DNA of 64,000 bases from Azolla caroliniana (taxonomy: Eukaryota > Plantae > Polypodiophyta), in NCBI GenBank assembly GCA_043228905.1, contig JBHGNT010000008.1, positions 11,408,001-11,472,000 on the forward strand. Reading direction: 5' to 3'. A program made the position numbers and the translations under genes. The notes below the pieces were generated by a model. The model was given only the letters and a program-made list of their open reading frames with translations, was not told the origin of the DNA and did not search any database. Positions 44,901 through 57,664 of this stretch are shown one piece after another (the first letter of the stretch is position 1; each line of letters opens with the position of its first letter).

Positions 44901-47577
44901 GTTTGCCTGGTCATACGAAGACATGCGAGGGGTCGACCCTCAATTATACCAGCATCAGATTCACTTGAGCAAGGTCGCAAAACCAGTGGCACAAAGACGG
45001 TACCGGATGAATCCCAATTATGCCGCCAACGTCAAGGAGGAAATCGACAAACTGCTAAGAGTTGGCTTTATCCATCCGGTCAAGAAAGCGACATGGCTGA
45101 GCCCGATCGTAGTCGTACTGAAGAAGAACGGAAAAATTCGAGTTTGTGTGGACTACCGGAAACTCAATGCGGCTACGGTAACGGATGCGTTTCCACTTCC
45201 GTTCACAGATGGAGTGTTGGATGCCGTCGCCGGCCATGAGGTCTATAGCTTTCTAGACGGATTCAACGGGTATAATCAGATCCGGAGGCACCCCGACGAC
45301 CAAGAGAAAACGGCTTTCGTCACCGAATGGGGGGTGTTTGTGGCTGTGGTGATGATGTTCGGACTCAAAATGGCACCGGCAACATTCCAACGAATCATCA
45401 TGGAAATCTTTGGTGAATATATCCCGGCTTTTATGCAGGTTTTCCTTGACTATTTTGCCGTCTATAGCCGGGAAGAGGACCATTTTCAGCACCTCCGTCT
45501 TTGTCTAGAAAAGTGTAGAGCGTACCGGCTAAGCTTGAATCCGGCGAAGTGTGTATTTGGTGTGTCCAATGGAACCCTACTAGGACATATTGTGAGCAAG
45601 GAAGGCATTGCAGTCGACTCGGACAAAGTGAAAGCCATATTAGAAGCACTGGCGCCAGCAACGACAAAGGCATTGAGCCGATTCTTAGGCTAGATCCGGT
45701 GGCACAGCCGGATGCTCCGATACTTGGCCGACCTGGCTACACCGTTGCATGCCGCGGTACATCGAACACCATTCCAGTGGACCGACACCGAGGATAGGGC
45801 ATATAGGGCCCTCAAGGTACTATTGTCGCAAGCACCAGTAGTGCAGCCTCCGGATTGGAGTAAAGAATTTCATGTGTTCGTGGACGCCTCCGACATCGCA
45901 ATCGGAAGTGTACTGATGCAGCTTACGGAGCCAAAGTGGTACCGGCCAGTGTACTATGCTAGCCGAAAGCTATCCCAAGCGGAACGGAACTACTCTACCA
46001 CGGAACGGGAAGCTCTAGGGATGATCTACAGTGTGACAAAGTTTCGACATAATTTATTGGGAAGGAAGTTTCCCTTCCATGTAGATCATTCGGCACTCCT
46101 CTACCTGGTGTCCAAGGCGTCACTCACCGGTAAGTTGGCCCGGTGGACCTTACTGTTACAAGAATTCGAGTTTGAAATATTCCGCCGACCCGGTATACAG
46201 CATGTCGTAGCGGATTATTTAAGCCGACTAGAGTCCGGAGAGACGGGCGACGGAGTAGCGGACGAGTTTCCGGATGCGGAGTTGTTTCGAGTCACTACGG
46301 AAACGGCAGCAGGTGAGACGGTGGCACAGGAAGACAAGTGGCTCACAAATATGCACCAGTTTTTGAGCACAGGACTGCCTCCGGAGGAGATGAACCGGGA
46401 CGAAAGGAAACGCCTGGCAGTGCAAAGCCGACATTTCTGCTTACTGCGAGACACACTTTACCACAAGGGCGCGGACAACATATGGAGACGGGTTGTGCGC
46501 AGCGATGAAAAGGACCTCATACTGAGGGAAGCCCACTGCGGAGTTGCCACAGGTCACTATGCCGGAGATGCGACGGCCAAGAAAATATGGCAAAGTGGCC
46601 TATGGTGGCCAACTACATTAAGAGATGTTGTACGGTACGCAAAAGAATTTGACCTATGCTAGCGAATGGGCCAACCAACGGAGCAGGCTCGGATGCCACA
46701 CCAGCCTGTACTACCACTCAAACCATTCCAAAAGTGGGGGCTGGACTTTGTTGGACCGTTCAAACCACCGGCAATGAGAACAGGTAATCGGTACGTCATC
46801 GTCGCGACGGATTACTGCACGAAATGGGTGGAGGCCGAAGCCTTAAGAAACAACACCGCTGCGTCAATAGCAAAATTTCTATACGAATACATCTGGTGCC
46901 GTTACGAATGCCCAATCGAATTAATAAGCAACCAAGGGGGGCACTTTCTCGGCCAAGTAGTTGAAAGCCTGACGACATTCTATGCTGTTGTCCATAAACG
47001 GAGCACACCGTACTATCCGCAAGCAAACGGGTTAGCTGAGTCGACGAACAAAATGCTCCAGAATATCCTCCGGAAGATCATCAACGAAAACCGAATGGAT
47101 TGGGATACCAAGCTACATAGTGCGCTTTGGGCATACCGGACAGCATACAAAACGAGCATCCGAACAACACCGTTCCGGTTAGCGTTCGGACTAGAGGCGG
47201 TCATGCCGGTGGAATTCCAAGTACCAAGCTTACGGATCCAGCTACGGGAACGGCTGAACGAGAAGGAGTCGGAGGCAATACGGTTAACAACGTTGTGTGA
47301 ACTCGAGGAACAACGATTGGCAAGCATCCTGCACTTAGAATTGGAACAACGGCGACAGAAAGCATTTGTCGACCGACACAGGAAAGGAAATGAAAAAATG
47401 TTCGAAATCGGCAAGCCAATGTTAGTATTTCAGACCTGGATGGGCAAGATGCCGGGTAAACTACAGTTTAGATGGACTGGCCCGTATAGGCTGACACGTG
47501 AGTATAATGGGTCCTACCAGTTAGGGACACTTGCCGGCGAAGTGCTAGGCAAATGGGTCAACGGATTCAGATTGTAG
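41938..47577 (+). pseudogene. gag-pol of G (single frame with several stops): gag, PR, RT, RNase H, integrase
   Basis: VIDGGSGVN, RVCVDYRKLN, FLDY (decayed YxDD), VDASD, EAHCG..GHY, WGLDFVGP, YPQANGLAE, RWTGPY. Confidence 0.92.
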
Positions 47578-47928
47578 CCATATAGAGGACCGATGCCCAA
47601 GAACCCATTTGAGCAAAGGACGGACACCGGATTGGGAACCGGTGCGGAAACGGCAACCTGTGAGGGAAACGGCAACCACCAAGACGGAGGAGACGACAAG
47701 CCGGTAACAGGGGAGAATGAGGCGACGGCAAACCGTAATGAGGCCGATAAGGGTCCGATAGGACCAACGGACAAGTAACCTCACACTACATTTCAAAAAA
47801 AAGAAAAAGAAAAAGCGAAGTAATCATGCAAAAGCGAGGTATGAACGGACGAGAGAGCGAGGAGCGAAAAGGTACGTAGTGGGCATTTAAGCGCCGCCAC
47901 AGGACATAATGCTATTTTAGGACACGAC

Positions 47929-49551
47929 GTGCACACGCTCGAAAAAGGCGCCAGACTGCACAGAGAAAAACCACAGCGCATGGAGACCTTCTACTTTCGT
48001 GAACCTAGGAGCACAGAAGCACCAAGGCATTGGAAGACCATCAGACGAGAACCTACGCACAGAGAACCACCGCTTTCTGAACTCTCTCACTCTCAATCCG
48101 ACCTCGACACAGACATGGACCCGCAAACGTTGTCGGAAGCCACCAAGAAATGGCTAAAGCAACACGGGCTCGAGGGCTTCTTGACAATTATGGAGGTATC
48201 GCCACACAAAGAAGCCGACAAGGTGATCAAAGAAATCGACAGAGAGGTCATAACGGCGGAGGCGATCCGTGCGTTAACAGGCCTTCCAGAGGGAGGCATA
48301 TTCACAATCGACAATCCGACCTCGGAGCAACTCATCAAGTATTTTGGTAAGTACTCCCTAGCTAGCAAGGGCTACCGGACACAAGGTGGCAGAGATATGT
48401 TGTTCCACGAGATTGCCCTTGTGCTCCACGAATATGGCCATGTGTACCCTAGACCCCCTGTCATGTCGCAGAACCGGACAGGGAAGACGGCGGAAACTGA
48501 AATTGAACGGCTAAAGGAGGAGCTCCGCCAGCAGAAGGACCGCGAGGACCGGGCCCGTCGACAGATCAACGTACGGCTCAAGAAAAAGACAGATGATTTT
48601 GAGCACCAGCACCGGGACTACAAATGGCTGGAAACGGAGCATAAGGAACGGATGGCCGAGCTCCAACAGGAAGTTGATCGGTCCGCGACGACGCTCACCG
48701 ACGAATGAGCAGAAAATACAAGACGGTTGGACGAGGCGGAGAAGGTCCGGATGGAGCTCTAGAGTCAGCAGTAGGAAGAAAGGGAGAGAGCGACAACAGT
48801 ATTGCAAAAATTACAAAGCACATATCAAAGGCAATTGACGCATTACAAGGAGCAGGCGGAAGACAACGTCATAATCATCAAGCAATTGAAGGAGGAACGG
48901 CAAGCTGCGGAGATCAAATTGCAGATGGGAACGGGCCGGATTCAGTGCATCCTCTAGGCATGGCTGAATCAGACAAAACGCTTGATTGACGAAAGCTCCG
49001 TAAGATGGTGGACAAAGTGGGCACAAAATATGGCGGAACTCCAATTGCTACATGGAAAACCGGCGGAAGGAAGGAGATGATTGTTACACGTTAACTTCCG
49101 AGGACTTCACCGCCATACAGGACGAGCTGGCTGAAGACTTCCAAGTCTTGGCGGATGAACAGTTGGTGCAGGTCTGGCAACTCGTAGCTCAGCTAGACGA
49201 TGATAGGCTGGACGCTCAAATCTAGTTTGAGAGCTACGAGCGGTCCCGGGTTCGGAAAGAAAAAGCACGGGAAGTGGCAACGGTTAACCTTAATGATGAG
49301 GAACCGTCGCCGGCCGAGGGCCAGGCCGGAACCAATCAACCGAAGACCACTACAACGGAGGGAGCAACGACGGAAACGCCGGTGTCAGAGCAACAAATGG
49401 AGGAGCAGCCGCAGCAGCCACCAAAGCACCAGTCGTAGTAGCCATCAACGGAGCAGCAACAGCAACCACAACAACAACAACAACAACCAATTCCAGATGA
49501 ACCATTGGAGACTCTCGAACAAAGCATTTTTGATATTTTGGACGAAGAATA
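47929..49551 (+). pseudogene. Extra 3' ORF of G (coiled-coil plus acidic/Gln-rich tail), disrupted
   Basis: ORF 47929-48708 and downstream fragments homologous to 13893-14663. Confidence 0.65.
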
Positions 49552-50211
49552 GCAAGGGTCGGATGGTGGATTCGACGTACAAGGTACTGTCCCACGGGCG
49601 TGCCATGTGTTACCGGCCGGCAAAGTAGTCCAGAGTGTGAAACGGAGGAGTTATTTAATTATTAAGGAATGGTTGTAAGTAATCTATTAGTGTGGACGGA
49701 CGGACCAGAATCGGTATGCCGTTCCGGATCCGGACCGATCCCGAACAGGTGCGGATGGCACTGTTTTGTACTACAAACCGGAAACCTATTTAAAGGCCCG
49801 GATACAATGTAATGAGCAGCGGATAATTAATAAAGCTTAGTGTTTTTATCTCTCTGTGTTAATTGCCATTCTGCATTCATTGTTATATCTTACACGTGTG
49901 ATTATTAAGGACGATCTTGCTAAGTAACCTAATTAAGTCGGATTAATCGTTGAGCCTAATCCTCTTGCCGTAACACCCCTTTGGTGAAGTGTCTTCCATA
50001 GACACCCTATGTTAGGCCATTGTCCGGCCCTAAGAGTTAACAATGTGCAAGATTCTCCTCGATGTATTCTCGAAGAACCTCAAGCTCAGTTGGTGATAGA
50101 TTGTAGATCGGACCCCACAGTGGCTCTTTTCCTGGTTGATTTCATTCCTCTCTTCTTGTGATCTCTTTATACCTCTCTTCTGTCACTCTATCTTCTCTCT
50201 TGGTTGTTACC

Positions 50212-50504
50212 GTTTGATTCAAATTGATTTGAGAGTTCATGTATGCCCTTATTTATAGGTTCCCATATAATAGCCTAGAGATTTCTATAATATTCTATCA
50301 CCTAGAATATTCTAAGATGTTCTAGGATATTCTAGAATGTTCTAGAATGTTCCAGAGTATTTACAATAATCAGTGTATTACAAGAAGTAGCTTTTATCAT
50401 CTCATATGATCATGGGCTATCTTAATGGTGGGGTTACTGATTATGTACTACAGGGTCTTGGGTTCAAGCCCAGGCGAAGCCATGATGTTTATGTATTCAT
50501 GACA
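50212..50504 (-). repeat. Inverted U3 part of the 5' LTR of chromovirus J, with TSD complement ATACC at 50505-50509
   Basis: Reverse complement of 53773-~54040. TSD GGTAT follows the 3' LTR at 54184-54188. Confidence 0.85.
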
Positions 50505-51163
50505 ATACCTGGTATTGGCACATTCACTTCAAGAGTTGATCACCACAAGGACAAACTCTCAACGTAGTCAATAATGTGCCAAATGAGGGTAGCTAGGCCT
50601 AATATTTATAGCCAGACCAAAGGCCCCCAGGCAAGTTCACACTTGGCCTTAATGGGTTGTCTCAATCCTGAGTATTAAAAGAAATCCTTCCCTTCTTTAC
50701 ACTCTCATTTAACCCTCACACTTTATCCACGTGTATAGAATACTACGTACAATCTTTAAAACATTGCACTCTTGCAATGAAAAGTTAGGTAAGTTAGTTT
50801 TAAGAGTGTTTTCTCGTTCCCATATAGCATCTTGTGTAGAATTATCCATCCATTTAATTTTGAATTCTCAAATAATTTTAGAACGCAAATTTTTCATTTT
50901 AACATCGAGAATTCTCTCTAGTACATGTGGTTTAAAAGATAATTCTTCAGAAATAACTAGAGTTTCAGTTGTGACTGTATTGTCGCCATAACAAAGAAGT
51001 TCTTTTAGATGACTTATACGAAAAACTAGATAGATTTCAATGCCATCATGAAGAGTGAGACGATAGGCTAATGAACCAATGTGTTTGAGTACTGTAAAAG
51101 GTCCACAAAACCGATGTCTTAGAATTGTGAGGTACATGTAAAAATACCTTCTCTCTAGGGTTG
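50505..51163 (-). pseudogene. Degenerate 3' end (integrase GPF/chromodomain and downstream sequence) of another gypsy family; related sequence at ~56700-56830 (+)
   Basis: RFCGPFTVLKHIGSLAYRLTL..ERILD. 50620-50735 is the reverse complement of ~56722-56830. Confidence 0.65.
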
Positions 51164-51255
51164 TGTCAATACCAAGAGAGAAGGTAAAGTGATAGAAAAG
51201 AGATCACAAGAAGAGGAATGAAATGATAAGAGAAGAATGAATGTATTAAAGTAGA

Positions 51256-54183
51256 ATATGGTCATTTTGAGTATACAGTCATGCCTTTGGGCTCACAAAT
51301 GCACCTGCAGTTTTCCAACATATGACGAACAACATTTTCCAAGATTTTCTGGATATCTTTCTCATCATCTATTTAGATGATCTATTGATTTAGTCAAAAA
51401 CACAGGAGGAGCATGATATACATGTTTGGAAAGTACTTGAACGCTTAAGAAAGTATGGTTTTGATAGCGAACAAGTCAAATTCTTGGGTTATACTATTTC
51501 ATCCAAGTGTATCTTCATGGATCCAGCAAAAGTCTAAACAATATTGGAATGGCAACCCCCACGTTCTGTTCGAGACGTCCAATGTTTCCTTGGATTTGCT
51601 AACTTCTATCGCAAATTCATATGGAATTATTCAAAGATCGTGTTGCCTCTCACCCAGCTCACCAAGAAAGGTCAAGTGTTTGTTTGGACTAATGAAGCGG
51701 ACACGGCCTTTACTTAGTTCAAAAAGACATTCACATCAGCTCCTATCTTAGCGCATATTGATCCTTAAAAGCCATTTACTATTGAGGTGGATGTGTCAGA
51801 TTTTGCATTGGGGAGTATCCTATAACAACCAGGCAAGGACGGGAAGTCTCATCCAGTCGCGTTTCACTCACGAAAATTTACTGCTGCGGAGATAAACTAC
51901 GAGGTGCACGACAAGGAGTTATTAGTTGTGGACGACACTTTCGAGCAATGGAGACATTTCTTGGAAGGATCGCCTCATCAAATCATCATTAATAGTGATC
52001 ATAAAAATCTTACGTATTTTCAAATGGCTCCAAGTTAAATAGGAGACAGGCTTGGTGGGTACAACTTTTAACTCGTTTTGATTTCAAGATCATTTCCCGG
52101 CCTGGGAAACAACACGGGAAAGTAGATGCTCTGTCTCGACGATCATATCTCGCACTTCATCTTGGAGACCTAGCCTTCAACAACCAAAATCTAAATCTCG
52201 TAGGACCATCAAAGCTACAAGCAACAACAGTTTATGCCACACCACTTGAATCAATGGTTGTGGATACTATTTGGCAACGACTTCACTCTGATGATTTCGC
52301 TAAGGATATCTTAGCGCACATTAGTTCAAGCCATGCATCTTGCTCCACATTGCAAGGGTCATCTCAACACTATCAAGAATTCAAATGGCAAGATGGCTTA
52401 CTCTTTTACAAGAATCTCCTTTACGTCCCTAATGGATCACCCCACCTTCAAGTATTGGAGCATTCTCATGATGCCCCTATGGCTGGACATTTTGGTATTG
52501 CCAAGACCATGGAGTTGGTGAAGCGCTCGTTTTGGTGGCCTCATTTGCAAAACTTTGTCGACGATTATGTTTGTACATGTAACACTTGTTGTCGAGCCAA
52601 AATATCCAGGCATCATCCTTATGGCTTGTTACAACTATTACCGTCTCCAACTAAGCTGTGGAAGTCTATTTCCATGGATTTCATTACAGATCTACCACCT
52701 TGAAAAGGATTTGATACTATTTTAATAGTAGTCAATCGATTTACCAAGATGGCGCATTTTTTACCATGTGTGAAGAGCATCAGTAGTCAGGAAACCGCAT
52801 ATCTTATTATGCATGAAGTGTTTCGTCATAATGGTCTTCCAGACAATATAATTAGCGATCGTGGTCCTCAATTTATCTCTTACTTTTGGAAGCACCTATG
52901 GGCAGGCCTCAAAATCTCCTACAAACTCTCCTCGGCTTATCATCCACAAACCGACGGACAAACAGAGCGCACAAATCAAAAGCTCAAGCAGTATCGCCGT
53001 TGCTTCATCAGTTATCAACAAGATGATTGGAGTAATATTTTACATCTTGTTGAGTTTGCATACAATAACATGGTACACTCTTCTACCAAGGTTACACCTT
53101 TCTTTGCCTACACTGGCAACCATCCTCGATGGTGTATCGTAGATCTTCCCGAGGTCGCACGAAACCCTGGTGCTGAGCATCACCTTCATCGACTACACCG
53201 GATCCAGTTAGCATTATCTTCACATCTTCAGGCATCTCAAGCACAACATAAGACTAATGCAGATCGTTATCGTCTTAAGTCTCCTTTTCAGGTTGGTGAC
53301 CGAGTATGGTTGCTTTGTCGTCACATCAAGACTCCTCGACCTTGTGAAAAACTCGATTATCAGAGCTTAGGTCCTTTTCTCATCACGGCACGGATTAATG
53401 ATGCAACCTTTCGTCTTAACCTTCCAGCACACATGCGGCTTCACCCAGTCTTTCATAGCTCTCTTTTGGAACCTTATCGCACCTCTTCCATTCCTAATTG
53501 AGTCTTGTCACCTCTGCCCTCTGTCGAACTTGTTGACGGCCCTGGATATGAGGTAGCTGCTATTCTTGATTCTAAGATTGTGCGCAATAAGCTCTATTAT
53601 CCGGCGCATTGGGTAGGCTATCCTCCGAGTGATCGCACTTTGGAACTCGTCAATAATGTTTCTAATGTTCAAGCTCTTGTCGACGACTTCCATCGTCGCT
53701 ATCCAAACAAACTAGATAGGGCCCTACATTGTTAACGCTGACTTCCACTCATCGTTCTCGAAGGGGAGATAGTGTCATGAATACATAAACATCAGGGCTT
53801 CACCTGGACTTGAACCCAAGAACTTGTAATACATAACCAGCAACCCCACCATTATGATAGCCCATGATCATATGAGATGATAAAAGCTACTTCTTGTAAT
53901 ACACTGATTATTGTAAATACTCTAGAACATTCTAGAACATTCTAGAATATCCTAGAACATCTTAGAATATTCTAGGTGAAGAACATTCTAGAACATTATA
54001 GAAATCTCTAGGCTATTCAAATCAATTTGAATCAACATCAGTCTTAAGATCTAATCGCCTATCTTGTATCCATACTCATTCTACTTTAATACATTCATTC
54101 TTCTCTTATCATTTCATTCCTCTCTTCTTGTGATCTCTTTATACCTCTCTTCTGTCACTCTATCTTCTCTCTTGGTTGTGACA
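51256..54183 (+). mobile_element. Chromovirus J: RT-RNase H-integrase-chromodomain pseudogene plus 3' LTR (53773-54183); its RT 5' part lies inverted at 41239-41449 and 50043-50139
   Basis: Colinear with 37625-41238. PPT GAAGGGGAGATAG. Confidence 0.88.
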
Positions 54184-54344
54184 GGTATGACACAATGCCA
54201 CGACGGTGGTATGGGACGTTGATTGAGGCTTGAGTCCGTCTCGATCCCTTCGCTCGGGGCTGGTCATGTGGATCGGCACCCTTCTTTCTTCCTCTCCTCT
54301 CTATTATTTCCTTATCTCATGATTACATTAGGATCTAGCTCTAA

Positions 54345-54657
54345 CATAGTTAGCTCTGGCCACTACGTAATGTAGCTAGTTAGCTATGGCCACTCTTTGA
54401 TGTAGCTATTACGGTATGGCCACTACTTGATGTAGCTATTTAGTAATGGCCGCTCTTTGATTTAGCTAGCTAGCTATGGCCACTATCTGATGTAGCTATT
54501 TAGTTATGGCCACTACCTGATGTAGCTAAGTAGCTATGGCCACTCTTTGATGTAGCTAAGTGGCTATGGCCACTCTCTGATGTAGTTAAGTAGCTATGGC
54601 CACTCTCTGATGTAGTTAAGTAGCTATGGCCACTCTCTGATGTTGCGAGTTAGCTAT
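54345..54657. repeat. ~30-bp tandem repeat GCTATGGCCACTCTCTGATGTAGCTAAGTA (about 10 copies)
   Basis: Read directly from the sequence. Confidence 0.9.
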
Positions 54658-55050
54658 TGTAAAAGGTTACATATGCGGAAGCTTGTAATAGACACAATCG
54701 GCTATGGTGGATAGCATCAACAGTTAGGTAAAACATAGAGAATGGAAATACAGTGTGTGTGTGAGAGAGAGAGAGAGCAGACAACAAAACTCTATTCAAA
54801 AGATAACACTCCTGTACATACGACTGTGCTTACATAGCAGTTTTTATCTAAGCCCTGTCAAGTGGGTTGACATAAGTACTATCAATACTTTAATGCTCAT
54901 GAATGAGCTCTGACACTAATGACCTAAAATACTCCTATTTACTAAAATAGGAATATACGCTCCTAGATCAGTCTGTTGGCTCCATGTCAATCTAGCCTAG
55001 CCAATTCGGCTTTTGGCTTATTCAGCCCATGTTGAGCTTCTTACTCAACA
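54658..55050 (-). mobile_element. Solo LTR related to the copia B LTR, TSD GCTAT/ACTAT
   Basis: TGTA..GTTGAGCTT..CTCAACA ends, (GT)n(GA)n block, 393 bp. Confidence 0.75.
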
Positions 55051-55444
55051 ACTATGAATGGCCGCTACCTGTTGTAGCTAACTAACTAGTAGCTACTGTA
55101 ATGTAAATAACTTATTAGTTATTAATATTTAATTAGTTATTGATACTAGACTATGTAGGTAATAGGTGATCTAATTTAATCCTTATTAGTTATTAGATGC
55201 TAATTTCTTGTGACTATAAGCTTAATAATTAATAGAGAATTATATATTTGTGGCTTATAAGTAGTAGCTAGAACTACTTAGATAAATGTAAATACCTGAA
55301 GTATACAAGAGGATGAATAGGATACTCTTCATATTGACTCCATCAAAATCAATTATATCTTTTATTGACGGATCACTTAATATTCCAAACATCTAGTGAT
55401 TCTAATATTATGAATAATCCACCTTTGTCCAATAAGTTTACCTC

Positions 55445-55920
55445 CATGGTATGTAATCGCTACCCTTTACCTCTAATCCTAGAACTCCTCCATTGCCTCC
55501 GTCGTGCACGTGCCTTCTCTAAGATTGACTTGCGGGGCAAACAACTTACTTCGGATTCAACCTGATGATGAATGGAAGATCGCAATGATTTTGTATGTGA
55601 TATGGACACTTTGAATACAATGCCTTTCAGACTCACCAATGCTCCAACCGTTTTTCAGCATATGATGAATGACATATTTCAGGAATATCTCAACCAATTG
55701 GTTGTTATCTACGTTGATGACATTCTTGTCTTCTCATTGAGTATTGAAGTTCGATTAATTCTCTCCAAAGTCAGAGAGCATGGCCTCTATGCTAAGAGCG
55801 AATAATGTGAGTTTGATCGCAATTCAATAGACTTTCATGGTTATGTTATCTCACGCCAAGGCATCACAATGGATCCAAGGAAAATCAAAACTATCCAAGA
55901 ATGGGCCTCTCTATCTTATG
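55445..55920 (+). pseudogene. Degenerate chromovirus RT fragment
   Basis: NRYPLPLI..FSKIDLRG and [20 protein letters not shown]. Confidence 0.8.
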
Positions 55921-57664
55921 TGATTTCATAATTGGGCAAATCAACCGTACTAAAAGCTAGGGATTCCACACCCATTGAAAGAAAATGGAGTCGTGTTCAA
56001 CCATAACATCACTTTCCAACATACCTCAACCCCAAGCTAAGGTGAGAAAATGAGCTCACTTAAATGTTTAACTTGGCGAGAGATGTTGGGAATAACTAGG
56101 TATAGTCCTTAATGGTGTTGTGTGAACCTAGTTGCAAGAGACTCACTATGCAAGAGGAATCCTACTTCTATTTGGTAACGATATTATATTTTTACTTCCT
56201 CTAAATGTTATCATGATTGATTTTCTTTAATGTACACAAAGAGCAAGTAGACAAGTTCATCCACTCCATCCAAATGGACCGCTACTTGTAGAAAGGACCT
56301 TAGTAATATCTCTTTGCTAATCTATGTCTATTATTGGTGATAATCGTATGTGGTCTTCTTTAATTCCCCTCAAGTTCAGGAGGGGTTTGCTAGTTGGAAA
56401 CATCTCCTTAAGTTCATGCAATCTTGATGTTAAGAAATATATTTGTAATGGATTGGAATTGATAATAGTTGGAGATCAAGAGGCAGAAATATAAAATAAT
56501 AATTGCTCTGAAAAGGATGATGCCAAATCTTCAAGGGAAACCAAAATTTGTTACCGTGAGTGCGCAATCTTTGAATTAGAAAAGGATAATATCTAACCCT
56601 ACTAGTGAGGAAGTGTGATTAGACAAAAAGATTTGGAATGAAGAGAAACCATAAATCTAGAATGTTGCGGGCATGACCATATAATATCCCGTGGTAAGAA
56701 TTTACCGTAATATTCTATACGCGTGGATAAGTGTGAGGGTTAAATGAGAGTGTAAAGAAGGGGAGGATTACTTTTAATGCCCAGGATTGAGACAACCCAT
56801 TAGGCCAAGTGTGAACTTGCCTGGGGGCCTTGGGTATCTCTCTCCAAACAACAATCAACAAAGGAACTTCGGTAATCTTTCTGACGGGAACTCACGTTCC
56901 TTATGCACAACGCTCGGCCATAACCGAGCTTAGAATCATACACAGAAAAACGGTGAAAGAATGCACGACACGAAGAAGAGAAAAGTACGCAGGATGTTTA
57001 CGTGGAAAACCCAAACTAAGGGAAAAACCACGGCAGCCCACAGGCTGCAAACTATCACTATGTTAAAATGTACAATAGTGAGTTCACGGAGACAACGACC
57101 TCGTGCTCACGATCTTCGCCACAGGCGGCGGTTACAACAGAGGCAACGACCTCTTTCTCTCTCTCACTCTCTGTACACAGTTACACGCTCTCTCTATCCT
57201 TGCACCAACAAGAATGACAACCAACATACAAAAGTTTGCCCCGAGTCATATTTATACTAATATGACTTTTCGGCTATTTAAAAATATAGCCACGATGGAC
57301 TCTCAGAAACATATTTACGAATATGTCTCTTCATCCGGTGAGCACTCCTCACCGGGTCTGCACCATCCGGCTCTCCGTAGCCGGGTACTCCTCATCTGGT
57401 TCTCACCGGGTCTGTACCATCCGGCTCTCCGTAGCCGGGTGCTCCTCATCCGGTTTGCTCATCAGCACTATTCTTCTTCCTTCCCATCCGGAGGGACCTG
57501 TCTCCCAACAAACTCCCCCTTCATTCCGGCATGGGGTTTCTTACTAGTTCGATCCGCTTCCTACATGCATCCAGCTTGTCGGGTATCAACACTTTGGTCA
57601 GCATATCTGACCCGTTCTCAGCCGTGTGGATCTTCGTCAGCGCGAACTCCTGGTCATCTACTCT

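Larger units (their letters stand above)
41450..50042 (+). mobile_element. Full-length non-chromovirus Ty3/gypsy element G with an extra 3' ORF, TSD ATGTG
   Basis: 435-bp LTRs at 41450-41884 and 49608-50042. TSD at 41445-41449 and 50043-50047. PBS-like TTTTGGCGACC. Confidence 0.93.

Noticed and set aside
54345-54657. Hammerhead cores in the 30-bp repeat (CTGATGT)
   Set aside because: The core is not CTGANGA, and there is no GAAA or stems.
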